Origin: a virus
Lineage: Duplodnaviria > Caudoviricetes
IMG/VR virus record: IMGVR_UViG_3300008050_007455
Coordinates: 46 to 64,045 of that record
DNA: 64,000 bases
Direction: 5' to 3' (one strand)
Numbering within the stretch: position 1 is the first letter of the stretch; each line of letters starts with the position of its first letter. A model generated the notes under the pieces. The model was given only the letters and a program-made list of their open reading frames with translations, did no database searches and was not told the origin of the DNA. Of the stretch, positions 19,336 through 29,006 are shown piece by piece. A program made the translations under genes and the position numbers.

Positions 19336-20766
19336 TTAGTATTCTAATTTATGATTTAATGTTCTTACTTTGAAATCTGTATCTTTCCAAAATGTGAATC
19401 TTTCTCTAGGCATCCAAGTTGAAAATAATTTTTCCATCCCTTCAGTAAAAGTTTTACCCATTTGTTCAGCAGTAAACCCAGCTTCATCTCCTTTAGCCCA
19501 TTCTTTACCTAAATTACCTCTTCTTTTTCTCTCTTCATCACCCATCTTATATAATTCAATGATTCTCCATTTAGCATCTCTAAAATCACATCTACTATCC
19601 CAAATATAAGGGGTTATTGGTGAACCTACCATCCCCATAGCTTTAGGATAAACCGGTAGTGCCCATTCTCCATGTTCTGTGTAAGTACCAAACTGGTTGG
19701 AAGGCATATCAATTGAATTAACATACCAATTACCTTTATGGTCTACAAATCTCATTTGATCTTGCATTCCACCTGTTACATTAGCAATAAAAGGAGTTCC
19801 TGTAAGTAAGGATTCAGTTAATGCTAGTCCCCAACCTTCAGCAGATGATAATAATATAACTCCATCCGCCATATTATAAAGATAATTCATATGGGAGTGT
19901 GGTAATTTATTCTGAGAAATTACTACAGTTTCATCATCCTCTCCCATTAAATATTCTACTACTGCCGGTATATCTGTTCCTGCATCACTAACTATATCAG
20001 TATGTAAGATAAATAATACTTTCTTTTTTTCTTCTTCTGTTAATGTATCTGTAAATAATTTCCAAGCAGAAATAGCATCTGGTATTGATTTTCTTCTAAT
20101 ATTTCTTGAATTAAAAAATAATATAAAGTCTCTTTCAACACCTTTAGTTATTTGTTTTTTAAAATTATCAAATTCTTCATTTGGATCTGTCATTGTGAAG
20201 AATTTTTTAGTATCTAAACCATGAGGAACATATTCAATGACCTTATTTTTAGCTTTATCACCTAAAACAATTTTATTAATTGCTACAGTTTGTTTGGAAA
20301 TACCGAATAAGGCATCACAAGATTCATAAAATTCTTCATTATATTGAGGAGCTGGGAGGTCATCCCAAATGTTGAGGTATACTATTGGAATTTTTGTTCT
20401 GATTTCATCTTCCATTTGAAATACCCATTCAAAATATCTTGGGTCAGTAATTAAAAAAATTGCATCTGGTTTTTCAATTTTTAAAACCTCTCTTAAAATA
20501 TCAGGATTACCATAACCATCTACAGGATATAGCTTTACATAAGCATCCTCAATCCCTTCTGATTTATTTACTTCTTCTGATAGATCTTGGACTTTTCCCT
20601 TGTCTGGGTGTTGGACAGAACCTGCTAATTGACACCAATTATAATGGTGTGAAGTATTAGTAACAATTTCCCTACCAATTTGAGCAACCCCCGAATGTAC
20701 TCTAATATCATCCGTTAATAATAGAATTTTCTTTCTATAACTTTGTTCAATATAACCTTCTTTCAT
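19336..20766 (-). CDS. Glycosyltransferase, GT-B/GT4-like
   Basis: HSGVA, RNIRRK, SSAEGWGLALTES. Confidence 0.88.
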   Translation of the reverse strand: MKEGYIEQSYRKKILLLTDDIRVHSGVAQIGREIVTNTSHHYNWCQLAGSVQHPDKGKVQDLSEEVNKSEGIEDAYVKLYPVDGYGNPDILREVLKIEKPDAIFLITDPRYFEWVFQMEDEIRTKIPIVYLNIWDDLPAPQYNEEFYESCDALFGISKQTVAINKIVLGDKAKNKVIEYVPHGLDTKKFFTMTDPNEEFDNFKKQITKGVERDFILFFNSRNIRRKSIPDAISAWKLFTDTLTEEEKKKVLFILHTDIVSDAGTDIPAVVEYLMGEDDETVVISQNKLPHSHMNYLYNMADGVILLSSAEGWGLALTESLLTGTPFIANVTGGMQDQMRFVDHKGNWYVNSIDMPSNQFGTYTEHGEWALPVYPKAMGMVGSPITPYIWDSRCDFRDAKWRIIELYKMGDEERKRRGNLGKEWAKGDEAGFTAEQMGKTFTEGMEKLFSTWMPRERFTFWKDTDFKVRTLNHKLEY

Positions 20767-20773
20767 TTTTGTT

Positions 20774-20968
20774 TTAGTCTTTAATTTCTAAATTAATTTG
20801 ATTGTTAATTTTTTTTCTAAAATCTTCATCTGTAAGATACAAATAAATTGATCGATCAGCAAGTTTTTGAAAACTAAATTTTCTTTTTACACATTCTATT
20901 TTAAAATTTTCAAATAAATTGCTTTTTACTTTTACACTCGTAAGTGTCATTTCTTTTGTTTGTGACAT
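20774..20968 (-). CDS. Small ribbon-helix-helix-like protein
   Basis: LTSVKV beta strand followed by two amphipathic helices. Confidence 0.55.
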   Translation of the reverse strand: MSQTKEMTLTSVKVKSNLFENFKIECVKRKFSFQKLADRSIYLYLTDEDFRKKINNQINLEIKD

Positions 20969-21010
20969 AATTATTATTTTTTAATATATTTGTCTATACA
21001 TATATGTAGA

Positions 21011-21967
21011 TTATAAAGATTTACCAACTGCACTACATAGTTCTTTATTTTCTTTATAAGGACAAAATGTACAATTCCATTTGCCTGGTTTTGGCATAAA
21101 TGTAGTATCTTTATATGAGCCATCCAAATTAAATGCTCTCTCTATAAAATCATCTAGATTTTTAGTAGCTTTGGATAATTTATTCCTACCAGAAGCAGGA
21201 ACAAATGTTTGTATACGTTTTTGAGGATATTCACCATCTAAATAAACCTTCCTTCTAACAATAAAAAATTCAATTTCTATATTTTCAATTGGAATATTAT
21301 ACTGTTTACTGAAGAAGTACTTGTAAAGTATTAATTGGAATTGTTTGGATTCATCTTTTTTGGTGTATTTATTCCAACCTTTTGTACTTGTTTTTATATC
21401 GATTATTTTAAATGTATTCGTTGGTTCATGGTACATTACGATGTCCAAATAACCCATATATTTAACGCGGTTAAGACGCAAATTAGGCGCCATAACTATT
21501 GGTATTTCACAACCCACCAAATACCATCCTTTTTTAGAAAAATAACCACTTTTTTTCTTTTTAAAGTTATCTAATATAGCTTTCCCATCTTCATAAAATT
21601 CCCTTAATTCCTCGGGTGTACTAAAGTGTTGGTTTTTGTTTTTTTTATAGTCTTTAGCGTAGCATTCTCTTAATGTTTCTTCAAATAATTCATTAATATC
21701 AATCCTATCTGCTTCAGCACCACTTTTAGCATACATTACATCTAAATAATGTTGTAATACCTCATGTAGGGCTGTACCAAAAGTCATATGAATACTTTGT
21801 TCACTAATTTTATGACCATCTCTATATTGGAGAGACCATTTTTTAGGACATTGAGTAAACATTGACAATTGGGAATATGAAATATTCTTTTCAACTGCAA
21901 AATTAACTGGTGAGGGGGGATTTTCCTTTATATCCCTAACTATTATAGGTAATTTCTTTTTTGCCAA
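21011..21967 (-). CDS. PD-(D/E)XK nuclease (RecB/AddB/Cas4-like exonuclease)
   Basis: SYSQL..F.QCP, FGTALH, E...GYLD...IIDIKT, QLILY, CTFCPY...C Fe-S/Zn ligands; TTG start. Confidence 0.88.
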   Translation of the reverse strand: MAKKKLPIIVRDIKENPPSPVNFAVEKNISYSQLSMFTQCPKKWSLQYRDGHKISEQSIHMTFGTALHEVLQHYLDVMYAKSGAEADRIDINELFEETLRECYAKDYKKNKNQHFSTPEELREFYEDGKAILDNFKKKKSGYFSKKGWYLVGCEIPIVMAPNLRLNRVKYMGYLDIVMYHEPTNTFKIIDIKTSTKGWNKYTKKDESKQFQLILYKYFFSKQYNIPIENIEIEFFIVRRKVYLDGEYPQKRIQTFVPASGRNKLSKATKNLDDFIERAFNLDGSYKDTTFMPKPGKWNCTFCPYKENKELCSAVGKSL

Positions 21968-21985
21968 AATAATGTATTTTATAGA

Positions 21986-22019
21986 CGTAAATATACGAAA
22001 TTGGTATGTGGTATCCTAA
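21986..22019 (-). promoter_or_regulatory. Class I promoter
   Basis: TTAGG-N17-CGTATATTTAC. Confidence 0.65.
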
Positions 22020-22733
22020 TTAATTATACCAAACATTATCAGGGTGGTACATTAAAAAATCTGCAGATTTGTGTGATTGATCATCTCTTATTAAATAAGA
22101 ATCTAATATTTCATACCCTAAATTTTTTAAATATTTAATTGCAGCTCCATCACCTATAGGTTTAGTATGATCTTCTAACCATATCAAAGGTTTATCTTTT
22201 GTTATCAATTTCTTAGCACCTTCAAAAGCTGAGTATTCATGACCCTCTATATCAATTTTTATAAATTTAACAGCTTCATGGAAGATTATTGTGTCTAATG
22301 CTACTACCATATTTGAATAAGGTCTAGAAAAACTTTTTTCTTTATCTACTACCTTTGCAGACCCACAATTTTGAGACCATTCATTTCCAAAGTAAACCAT
22401 AGAATTTCCACTACCAACTCCTAAATGAAAACCATGTACATTATCTAACATTTCTATATTTTTAGATAATAATTCATAATTTGGGGGGAAAGGTTCAAAA
22501 GCCCATATTTTTATATTTGGGAAATGGTATTTGAATTGTATACAATGAGAACCTATATTAGCCCCAATGTCTAACATTAATCCTTCTCTTGGAAAATGTT
22601 TTTCCCATTTATCAAATACTTCATATTCCCAAAAATTATTATACTTAACTATATCATCTGATATGCATTCAGGTGCTTCATATATTACCATAGGACACCC
22701 TTTGATACTAATTAATCTTGTATTTCTAGCCAT
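22020..22733 (-). CDS. FkbM-family methyltransferase
   Basis: LDIGANIG, AFEP, IKIDIEGHE. Confidence 0.9.
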   Translation of the reverse strand: MARNTRLISIKGCPMVIYEAPECISDDIVKYNNFWEYEVFDKWEKHFPREGLMLDIGANIGSHCIQFKYHFPNIKIWAFEPFPPNYELLSKNIEMLDNVHGFHLGVGSGNSMVYFGNEWSQNCGSAKVVDKEKSFSRPYSNMVVALDTIIFHEAVKFIKIDIEGHEYSAFEGAKKLITKDKPLIWLEDHTKPIGDGAAIKYLKNLGYEILDSYLIRDDQSHKSADFLMYHPDNVWYN

Positions 22734-23364
22734 GATGTTTTTTATATTTAGATTTCCAAATATTTCTATCTAAATCCATAGGAACATTTTTTAAAGTTGT
22801 ACTCATTTCTGTTTCTATTTTATGGCCTATATAATCCCAATTTTGAAGTTTACTATTTTCTCTATAGAAATTATCACCAAAATAATTTTTTAAATCGTCA
22901 GGGATGAAAACATTATTATTTTTATGGTTAAATATTAAACACCCCCAACCATAATTTTCTGAATTTGGATTGTTTTTCTGAATAGCATACATTTCAGATT
23001 TCTGATAAATGTATGATGTGTGGTGCATACCTACAAAACCCATGTTTGGTTTTGATTGGTAGAAATAAAGGACATCATCAATAATGTTGGTGTTAAAATT
23101 AATATCATCATTACATAAAGCATAAAAATGATTTTTAACTTTACTTACTCCAAAATTCCACACCCCATTACAATATCTTTTTTTAGTAAAGGGATATATA
23201 ATGGTTTTTGTAGTGGTAATATTATCTAACATCCCATCCATATAAATGGAGGGAGTATCCTCAATAAGAAGAATCTCACTAACTAAATTATGTTGCTCTA
23301 AATCCTGGATTAATTTTGGTAATCTCGGGGATTTGTACATTGTAGGGATGATAATACTAATCAT
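22726..23364 (-). CDS. Glycosyltransferase family 2-like
   Basis: ISIIIPT, WNFGV, LCNDDI; start taken at MISIII. Confidence 0.8.
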   Translation of the reverse strand: MISIIIPTMYKSPRLPKLIQDLEQHNLVSEILLIEDTPSIYMDGMLDNITTTKTIIYPFTKKRYCNGVWNFGVSKVKNHFYALCNDDINFNTNIIDDVLYFYQSKPNMGFVGMHHTSYIYQKSEMYAIQKNNPNSENYGWGCLIFNHKNNNVFIPDDLKNYFGDNFYRENSKLQNWDYIGHKIETEMSTTLKNVPMDLDRNIWKSKYKKHHG

Positions 23365-23759
23365 TATTTTTTCCATTTATTACGTCCTACTAGCAAACCA
23401 TTTATACCGTAATTAGCAATAGCAATAAAAGTATCGTCCATCCCTCCTCCTTTAACAAAATTTCTACCATTAAACAAAAGATTTTTTAAACGAGATATTT
23501 TATCTGTAAGTCTAATAGCTAGACCTGTTAATGAAAATTTCTTATCATCTTCACTATTTAATATATCACCTCCTAAAGTAATGTTGTTTAAACCATAATC
23601 CATATGTTTCCTGGCAAACATTTCATACATTTCTTCAGTAATTCTTTTAAATTCTTCAGATAATTCTGGGTATTCATTTTCAAATAACTCTACTGTACTT
23701 GATACAGTTGTACCTTCATTTGGGGGATTTTCATAATATTTTTCTACTGTACTACTCAT
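23364..23759 (-). CDS. Nucleotide modification associated domain 1 (DUF1599/Nmad1-like, all-alpha NTP-PPase related)
   Basis: KHMDYG...IRLTDKISRLKNL...DTFIAIANYG. Confidence 0.75.
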   Translation of the reverse strand: MSSTVEKYYENPPNEGTTVSSTVELFENEYPELSEEFKRITEEMYEMFARKHMDYGLNNITLGGDILNSEDDKKFSLTGLAIRLTDKISRLKNLLFNGRNFVKGGGMDDTFIAIANYGINGLLVGRNKWKK

Positions 23760-23980
23760 TTTATTACTTTTTTATAGTTAAAATAAATTTTTAATGTATT
23801 AAGTCTATCATCAGCATCTACTAACATTGAAAGTGCTTCTTCAGCATTTTTATAAAAATCTTCGGTTGAATGGTCTCCAATACCTACTGATTTATTTCCT
23901 AATAATTCTAATGATAATAATGCCTTAGCTTTATCAGCTTCTGCTGATGTTTTTAGCATTTTTAATAATTCTGGTGTCAT
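23756..23980 (-). CDS. Conserved phage hypothetical protein
   Basis: VGIGDHS motif common in T4-like phages. Confidence 0.7.
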   Translation of the reverse strand: MTPELLKMLKTSAEADKAKALLSLELLGNKSVGIGDHSTEDFYKNAEEALSMLVDADDRLNTLKIYFNYKKVIK

Positions 23981-24390
23981 ATTTTTAATAATTGGGTTAT
24001 TTCTTTTTTTTCTTTTCCTATAGATGATAAAATATTTTTTACTTCATTTTTACCTATGATATCAATATAATGATCTGCTTCATAGGAACCACATTCAAAA
24101 TAATTAGCTATTACTTCAACCAATTCCTTATTTTTTCCTTTAACGCTAGATTTAATATATTTGTTCCATACCTTTTTTCTAGGAATCATATTACAATAAA
24201 AATTGTAAATTCCTATTTTATCTGTTGGTAAAAATCTTTGGGCCATATTAGATATTTCTATATTATTTTTTCCCATAGACATAAACCTATGAACCATATA
24301 AGAATTCCAACTCTCCCAATCTTTTTCACTAAATTGAGAAGCTGGGGTTTTCTTAACTGTTATTTCTTCTAACCAATCCCAGAGCTTCAT
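23977..24390 (-). CDS. Clamp loader small subunit (T4 gp62-like)
   Basis: WNSYMVHRFMSM, FYCNMIPRKK, VIANYFECG..EA..Y; near the gp44-like gene. Confidence 0.75.
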   Translation of the reverse strand: MKLWDWLEEITVKKTPASQFSEKDWESWNSYMVHRFMSMGKNNIEISNMAQRFLPTDKIGIYNFYCNMIPRKKVWNKYIKSSVKGKNKELVEVIANYFECGSYEADHYIDIIGKNEVKNILSSIGKEKKEITQLLKI

Positions 24391-24641
24391 TAGGCAATAG
24401 TATGATCTTTATACTCTTCTCTAAGTTCAGCTGGTATTGTAGCATTTAATATTTTACCTGTTTTAGGGTCAAAAAATATAGGAATAGGCATTAATGCGTC
24501 TTCATCAGCACCTACTACAAATTTAGATACTTTACGAAGCAATACTCCTTGTTGAAAAACTACCCCACCATCTGGGGTTTCAATTTTTGTAGTGTTCTTA
24601 ACATCTACATTCATGTTCATTTGTTGTTTTTGTTCACTCAT
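24390..24641 (-). CDS. Conserved hypothetical protein
   Basis: FQQGVLLRKVSKF...PIPIFF; typical neighbour of clamp-loader genes. Confidence 0.7.
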   Translation of the reverse strand: MSEQKQQMNMNVDVKNTTKIETPDGGVVFQQGVLLRKVSKFVVGADEDALMPIPIFFDPKTGKILNATIPAELREEYKDHTIA

Positions 24642-24661
24642 TTTTATTTAATTTAATTAAT

Positions 24662-25060
24662 TTAAATCCATTTATGTTTTTTAAAATATAACCACATTCC
24701 TACTATTGTTCCTATTGTTAATGCAGCAAATATCCAAAAACCGTGATCATCTGTTATTAAAGGTACGTCATCAAAATTCATTCCCCAAAGTCCAGTATAA
24801 AATGATAAGGGTAAAAATATTGTAGACCAAATAGTTAGTAAATTTATTCTACGATTCATAAGATCGTTGTGTTTTTTTTCAATCATAGATTCTAATACTT
24901 CAAAAATTTGAATTAAGTCTAAATGTTCTTCTTTTAGTAATTCTTTTTTTAAATTATAAAAGTCACTAACATTATAATCTTGATTTTCAAAAATTATAAC
25001 CTCATAATTTTCTAATGTTTGTTTTAATTGTTTTCTTGTTGCCATAAGTCTAGGGTCCAA
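24662..25060 (-). CDS. Mini CorA-family divalent cation transporter (TM/GMN domain)
   Basis: LTIWSTIFLPLSFYTGLWGMNF..P......GFW signature and two TM helices. Confidence 0.85.
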   Translation of the reverse strand: MDPRLMATRKQLKQTLENYEVIIFENQDYNVSDFYNLKKELLKEEHLDLIQIFEVLESMIEKKHNDLMNRRINLLTIWSTIFLPLSFYTGLWGMNFDDVPLITDDHGFWIFAALTIGTIVGMWLYFKKHKWI

Positions 25061-25239
25061 AGTAATGATTCAATAAAATATAAATAACCTACTAATATCA
25101 TACCATAATGCGTCCAAACACCACTATGACCGTAAGTAAAATCTTGATAAATAGAAGGTATTGCTGATCCCATAATAGATATGCTGAATAATAGTTTTAT
25201 ATATTTATTATTTAAAAATTTTTTTATTTTAATTGACAT
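25024..25239 (-). CDS. Small 2-TM membrane protein
   Basis: Two hydrophobic segments; overlaps the start of the CorA-like gene. Confidence 0.55.
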   Translation of the reverse strand: MSIKIKKFLNNKYIKLLFSISIMGSAIPSIYQDFTYGHSGVWTHYGMILVGYLYFIESLLWTLDLWQQENN

Positions 25240-25850
25240 TTAGGAATGAAATAGGTTTTAATATTAGTATCAAAATATTGATGTTTTAAATGTTGGTTAT
25301 AATCATTTGACACTGGAATTTCTATGGGTGTTATATCGAATGATGGTTTTAAAATGTCATAAGATTGTTTTGCTATATTATTAACTACCCCACCATTTGG
25401 GTTATTGAAAAATGAATATATTCCCTTAGGTTTTAATAAGTTTTTAACATTTACATCAAATTCTTTTTGAGATTCTAACCAAGTATCAAAATAAATGCCA
25501 TCAAATTTAGGTAAATATTTTATTACTTCCTGCCAAGGTTTAAATATAACCTTTACATTTTCCTTTTTCAACCACCCATCTTTAATCATTTTTTCTTGTA
25601 CATCAGGGTGTGATTCAATTATCCAATGGTTTTTAATAAGTGTATTATAATTTTGAATATAATTGTCAATAAAACCTAACCCAAACCCAATATTAAGAAT
25701 ATCTCCCCCATTTTTGCAAATTTCAATAGCACTATGTTTCATGATATTTTTTTCCCAACCCATCATAATGGCACTTCCATTAGAATCTAATAAAAGATTA
25801 TCATCTGTATAGGTTAACTTTTCATTGTGATAATCAGGATTAATATTCAT
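25224..25850 (-). CDS. Rmt2/GAMT-like class I SAM methyltransferase
   Basis: MMGWEKNIM, ILNIGFGLG.ID, HWIIESHPDV, WQEV, FDGIYFDT, SFFN. Confidence 0.8.
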   Translation of the reverse strand: MNINPDYHNEKLTYTDDNLLLDSNGSAIMMGWEKNIMKHSAIEICKNGGDILNIGFGLGFIDNYIQNYNTLIKNHWIIESHPDVQEKMIKDGWLKKENVKVIFKPWQEVIKYLPKFDGIYFDTWLESQKEFDVNVKNLLKPKGIYSFFNNPNGGVVNNIAKQSYDILKPSFDITPIEIPVSNDYNQHLKHQYFDTNIKTYFIPKCQLK

Positions 25851-26764
25851 TATAAACTAATTAATTGATTTATTAAAGCCATGCAATTTATTTCCTTATC
25901 AATTCTAAAATTAGATTGATATGAATATTCATTAATATAATATGCTACCATCCCTTCTTTACCAGGAGCAAATTTACTAGCATTATTATAAAGATAACGA
26001 TATAACTCTTCAAAATCTTGAACATTAGCATCTGCTATAATTTGCCTAATACCTTTCCATGATTTTTTACCTACTAATTCCTTAAGCACTTGAGTCATAT
26101 AATTAGATGATACAAGTACTGATTTGTCTATTTGAAGATATCTATCATTGGCTCCCCCATCTAAAATAGATAATTGAATTGTATTAAGACATTTACGTAA
26201 ATCTGGGTAGAATTGATTAACTATAGTTTTTAAATCCTCTATTTCAAATGAACAACTTTCTTCACCCATAACCCAAGCAAGGTGTTTTGCAACATCTGAT
26301 TTTGTTGGGGGAATAACTTTTAATGTTTGACATCTTGACTGTAAAGGATCAATAATACGTTCTACATAATTACAAGTTAAGATAAACCTAGTAGTACGTG
26401 AAAACGTTTCAATGACATTACGGAGAGAAGCTTGCGCTTGTATAGTAAGAAAATCAGCTTCATCCAAAATGACCACTTTAAGTGGTTTAAAACTAGCTGA
26501 TGATGCAAATCCTGACACTTTATCTCTAATCGTTTCAATACCACGTTCATCTGAGGCATTAATATAAAGATGCTCACAATCAAGATTTTTTACTATTATT
26601 TTTGCTAGTGTAGTTTTTCCGGTTCCACTTGGACCATAGAAAATTAAATTTTGTATATCATTTTGATCTAAATATTGAGTAATACTCTTCTTGATATGTT
26701 CATTCCCAACATACCCATCTAATGTATTTGGTCTATAACGCTCAACTAATAAACTATGTTCCAT
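25850..26764 (-). CDS. Clamp loader large subunit (RFC/T4 gp44-like AAA+ ATPase)
   Basis: ERYRP, GPSGTGKT, NASDERG, LDEAD, SRC motif. Confidence 0.95.
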   Translation of the reverse strand: MEHSLLVERYRPNTLDGYVGNEHIKKSITQYLDQNDIQNLIFYGPSGTGKTTLAKIIVKNLDCEHLYINASDERGIETIRDKVSGFASSASFKPLKVVILDEADFLTIQAQASLRNVIETFSRTTRFILTCNYVERIIDPLQSRCQTLKVIPPTKSDVAKHLAWVMGEESCSFEIEDLKTIVNQFYPDLRKCLNTIQLSILDGGANDRYLQIDKSVLVSSNYMTQVLKELVGKKSWKGIRQIIADANVQDFEELYRYLYNNASKFAPGKEGMVAYYINEYSYQSNFRIDKEINCMALINQLISL

Positions 26765-26768
26765 AACC

Positions 26769-26800
26769 ATAATATAATAACTTTTATTTAAATAACCAAA
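26769..26800 (-). promoter_or_regulatory. Class I promoter (variant)
   Basis: TTTGG-N17-ATTATATTA. Confidence 0.55.
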
Positions 26801-27073
26801 TTAAATTCCTTGCCTAAATTCACCATACATACCATACATTTTAGGAGTATCTTTTTTAACTTCAATTTCAGAAGATTGAACAGCATATAATTTATTATCT
26901 AAAGGATCTAGTCTATAAGCCCCCTGGAATCCTGTTTGGTGGAAAAAGGCTTCTAAAGAATCTGTTAAATTTGTAAATACTTCTTTTTTAGGATCACCAA
27001 CCAGAGTCCACCTATCTCCAGGTGGTACTCTAGTAGCAATTAATTCATTATGTTCTATAACTTTTTTTTCCAT
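26801..27073 (-). CDS. Hypothetical protein
   Basis: RVPPGDRW motif; ORF in operon. Confidence 0.7.
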   Translation of the reverse strand: MEKKVIEHNELIATRVPPGDRWTLVGDPKKEVFTNLTDSLEAFFHQTGFQGAYRLDPLDNKLYAVQSSEIEVKKDTPKMYGMYGEFRQGI

Positions 27074-27076
27074 AGG

Positions 27077-28711
27077 TTAAAAATTAGTTACTCCATCTGG
27101 AGTTGGTTCTTTTTGTTCTGGGTGATCAACAACTACACATTCTGTTAAAAGTATAGTACCTGCTACGGATGCTGCATTTTGTAATGCTGTAATTGTAACT
27201 TTTGAAGGATCAATAATACCTTCTTCTTCCATATTAACAATTGATTCATTTTTAACATCATAACCTGCCCAATAATCATCTCCAGATTCAATTAATTTAT
27301 TTGCAATGATTTCTGCTTCTGTTTGTTCGTGGCCTGCATTAACTAAAATTTGAGTAAATGGTTTTCTACATGCTTTTTTAACAATTGAATTACCTAAATT
27401 ATTATTATCTAATCCATTAGAAGCATAAAGTAATGCTGTTCCTCCTCCTGGTACTACTCCAGCTTCTAAAGCCGCTTTTGTAGCATGAAGTGCATCATCA
27501 ACTCTATCCTTCTTTTCTCTAGCTTCAGTTTCAGTAAATCCACCTACATGAATAATAGACACTCCACCTACCATTTTAGCCAATCTATTTTGTAAATGTT
27601 CAATAATATAAGGTGTATCTTCTTTATCAATTTGAGATTGTAATTCAGATACTCTAGCTTCAATATCTTCAGCTACCCCTTTACCATCAACAATTGTAGT
27701 TTGTTCTTTAGTAATAGTAACAGTACGAGCTTCTCCAAACCAATCATAAGAGAATTTATCAAGTTTCATTCCTTTATCTTTATCAAATACAGTACCACCT
27801 GTTAATGTAGCAATATCTTCTAATGATAATTTTTTTCTCTCTCCAAAATCAGGAGCTTTAATAGCACATACTTTAAGTATTCCTCTTGCTTTATTTACAA
27901 TAAGGGTTGCTAACGCTTCACCATCAATATCATCAGTAATAAGAAGTAATGAACGATTTTGGTTAGAAACACTTTCTAAAATAGGGAGTAATTCTTTTAC
28001 TTGTGTAAATTTATGATCAGCAATTAATACAAAAGGATTATCTAATGTACAACTCATATCTGAATTGTTAGTAACAAAGAAATGGGATTTATATCCTCTG
28101 TCAAATTGCATACCTTCAACAGTTTCAAGATAAGTATCTCCTGATTTTGATTCCTCAATATGAACTACTCCATCTTGTCCTACTTTTTCAATTGCAGTTG
28201 CAATAAGTTTTCCAATTTCAATATCATTGTTTGCTGATATTGTTGCTATTTGTTGCAGTTGTTCTTCAGATGAAATTTCTTTACTAATATTATTTTTAAT
28301 AACAGAAACTACTTCGTTTACAGCTGCTTCAATATTTCTTTTAATTTCAACAGCATTTTCACCATTATTAAGATGAGATAACCCAGCTTTTACTAATTCG
28401 CGAGCTAATAAAGTTGAAGTAGTAGTACCATCCCCAGCCTTATCAGCAGTTTTCGTAGCTGCTGTTTTAATCATTTGTGCTCCTAAATTAGGAACTAAAC
28501 CATCAACAGTAATATTCTTAGCAACAGTTACACCATCTTTTGTGTGTGTTGGAGGAGCTTTTGCACCATAACCACTGTTATCAATTAATACATTTCTTCC
28601 ATTAGGTCCTAATGTGCAGACAACAGCATCCGCTAAAATATTAATACCTTTCATTAACTCTTCCCTTGCTTCAGGGCCAAATTCAATTTGTTTTTTATAA
28701 TCCATTCCCAT
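27077..28711 (-). CDS. groL: Chaperonin GroEL (Cpn60)
   Basis: TLGPNGRNV, TKDGVTVAK, AGDGTTT, VEGMQFDRGY, GVVPGGG. Confidence 0.97.
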   Translation of the reverse strand: MGMDYKKQIEFGPEAREELMKGINILADAVVCTLGPNGRNVLIDNSGYGAKAPPTHTKDGVTVAKNITVDGLVPNLGAQMIKTAATKTADKAGDGTTTSTLLARELVKAGLSHLNNGENAVEIKRNIEAAVNEVVSVIKNNISKEISSEEQLQQIATISANNDIEIGKLIATAIEKVGQDGVVHIEESKSGDTYLETVEGMQFDRGYKSHFFVTNNSDMSCTLDNPFVLIADHKFTQVKELLPILESVSNQNRSLLLITDDIDGEALATLIVNKARGILKVCAIKAPDFGERKKLSLEDIATLTGGTVFDKDKGMKLDKFSYDWFGEARTVTITKEQTTIVDGKGVAEDIEARVSELQSQIDKEDTPYIIEHLQNRLAKMVGGVSIIHVGGFTETEAREKKDRVDDALHATKAALEAGVVPGGGTALLYASNGLDNNNLGNSIVKKACRKPFTQILVNAGHEQTEAEIIANKLIESGDDYWAGYDVKNESIVNMEEEGIIDPSKVTITALQNAASVAGTILLTECVVVDHPEQKEPTPDGVTNF

Positions 28712-28715
28712 TTTT

Positions 28716-29006
28716 TTATTTATTAATTTTTGCTAAGATTTGATTTTCAGGACCAACCCAATATTCCTCACCATCATGAGGTAATTTTGTAAAACCTTGG
28801 GTGGGTAATACCACTACATCACCTACCTTACTAATAGTTTTAATAAACTCACCAGTAATTGTGTTTTGTCCTGGGCCCACAGATATAATTTCTCCTGTTT
28901 GGTTTTTCTCATTTCCCATGTCAGGAACAATAATGTTACCTCGTTGGGTTTCTTCTGCTTCAATAGGTTTTACTATAACAGCATTAAATAGTGCTTCTAA
29001 TTTCAT
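28716..29006 (-). CDS. groS: Co-chaperonin GroES
   Basis: VIVKP...GNIIVPD...GEIISVGPG...VGDVV; adjacent to GroEL. Confidence 0.92.
   Translation of the reverse strand: MKLEALFNAVIVKPIEAEETQRGNIIVPDMGNEKNQTGEIISVGPGQNTITGEFIKTISKVGDVVVLPTQGFTKLPHDGEEYWVGPENQILAKINK

Noticed and set aside
21011-21967. Cas4 as evidence of a CRISPR-Cas locus
   Set aside because: No other cas genes or array; stand-alone PD-(D/E)XK exonucleases are common in phages
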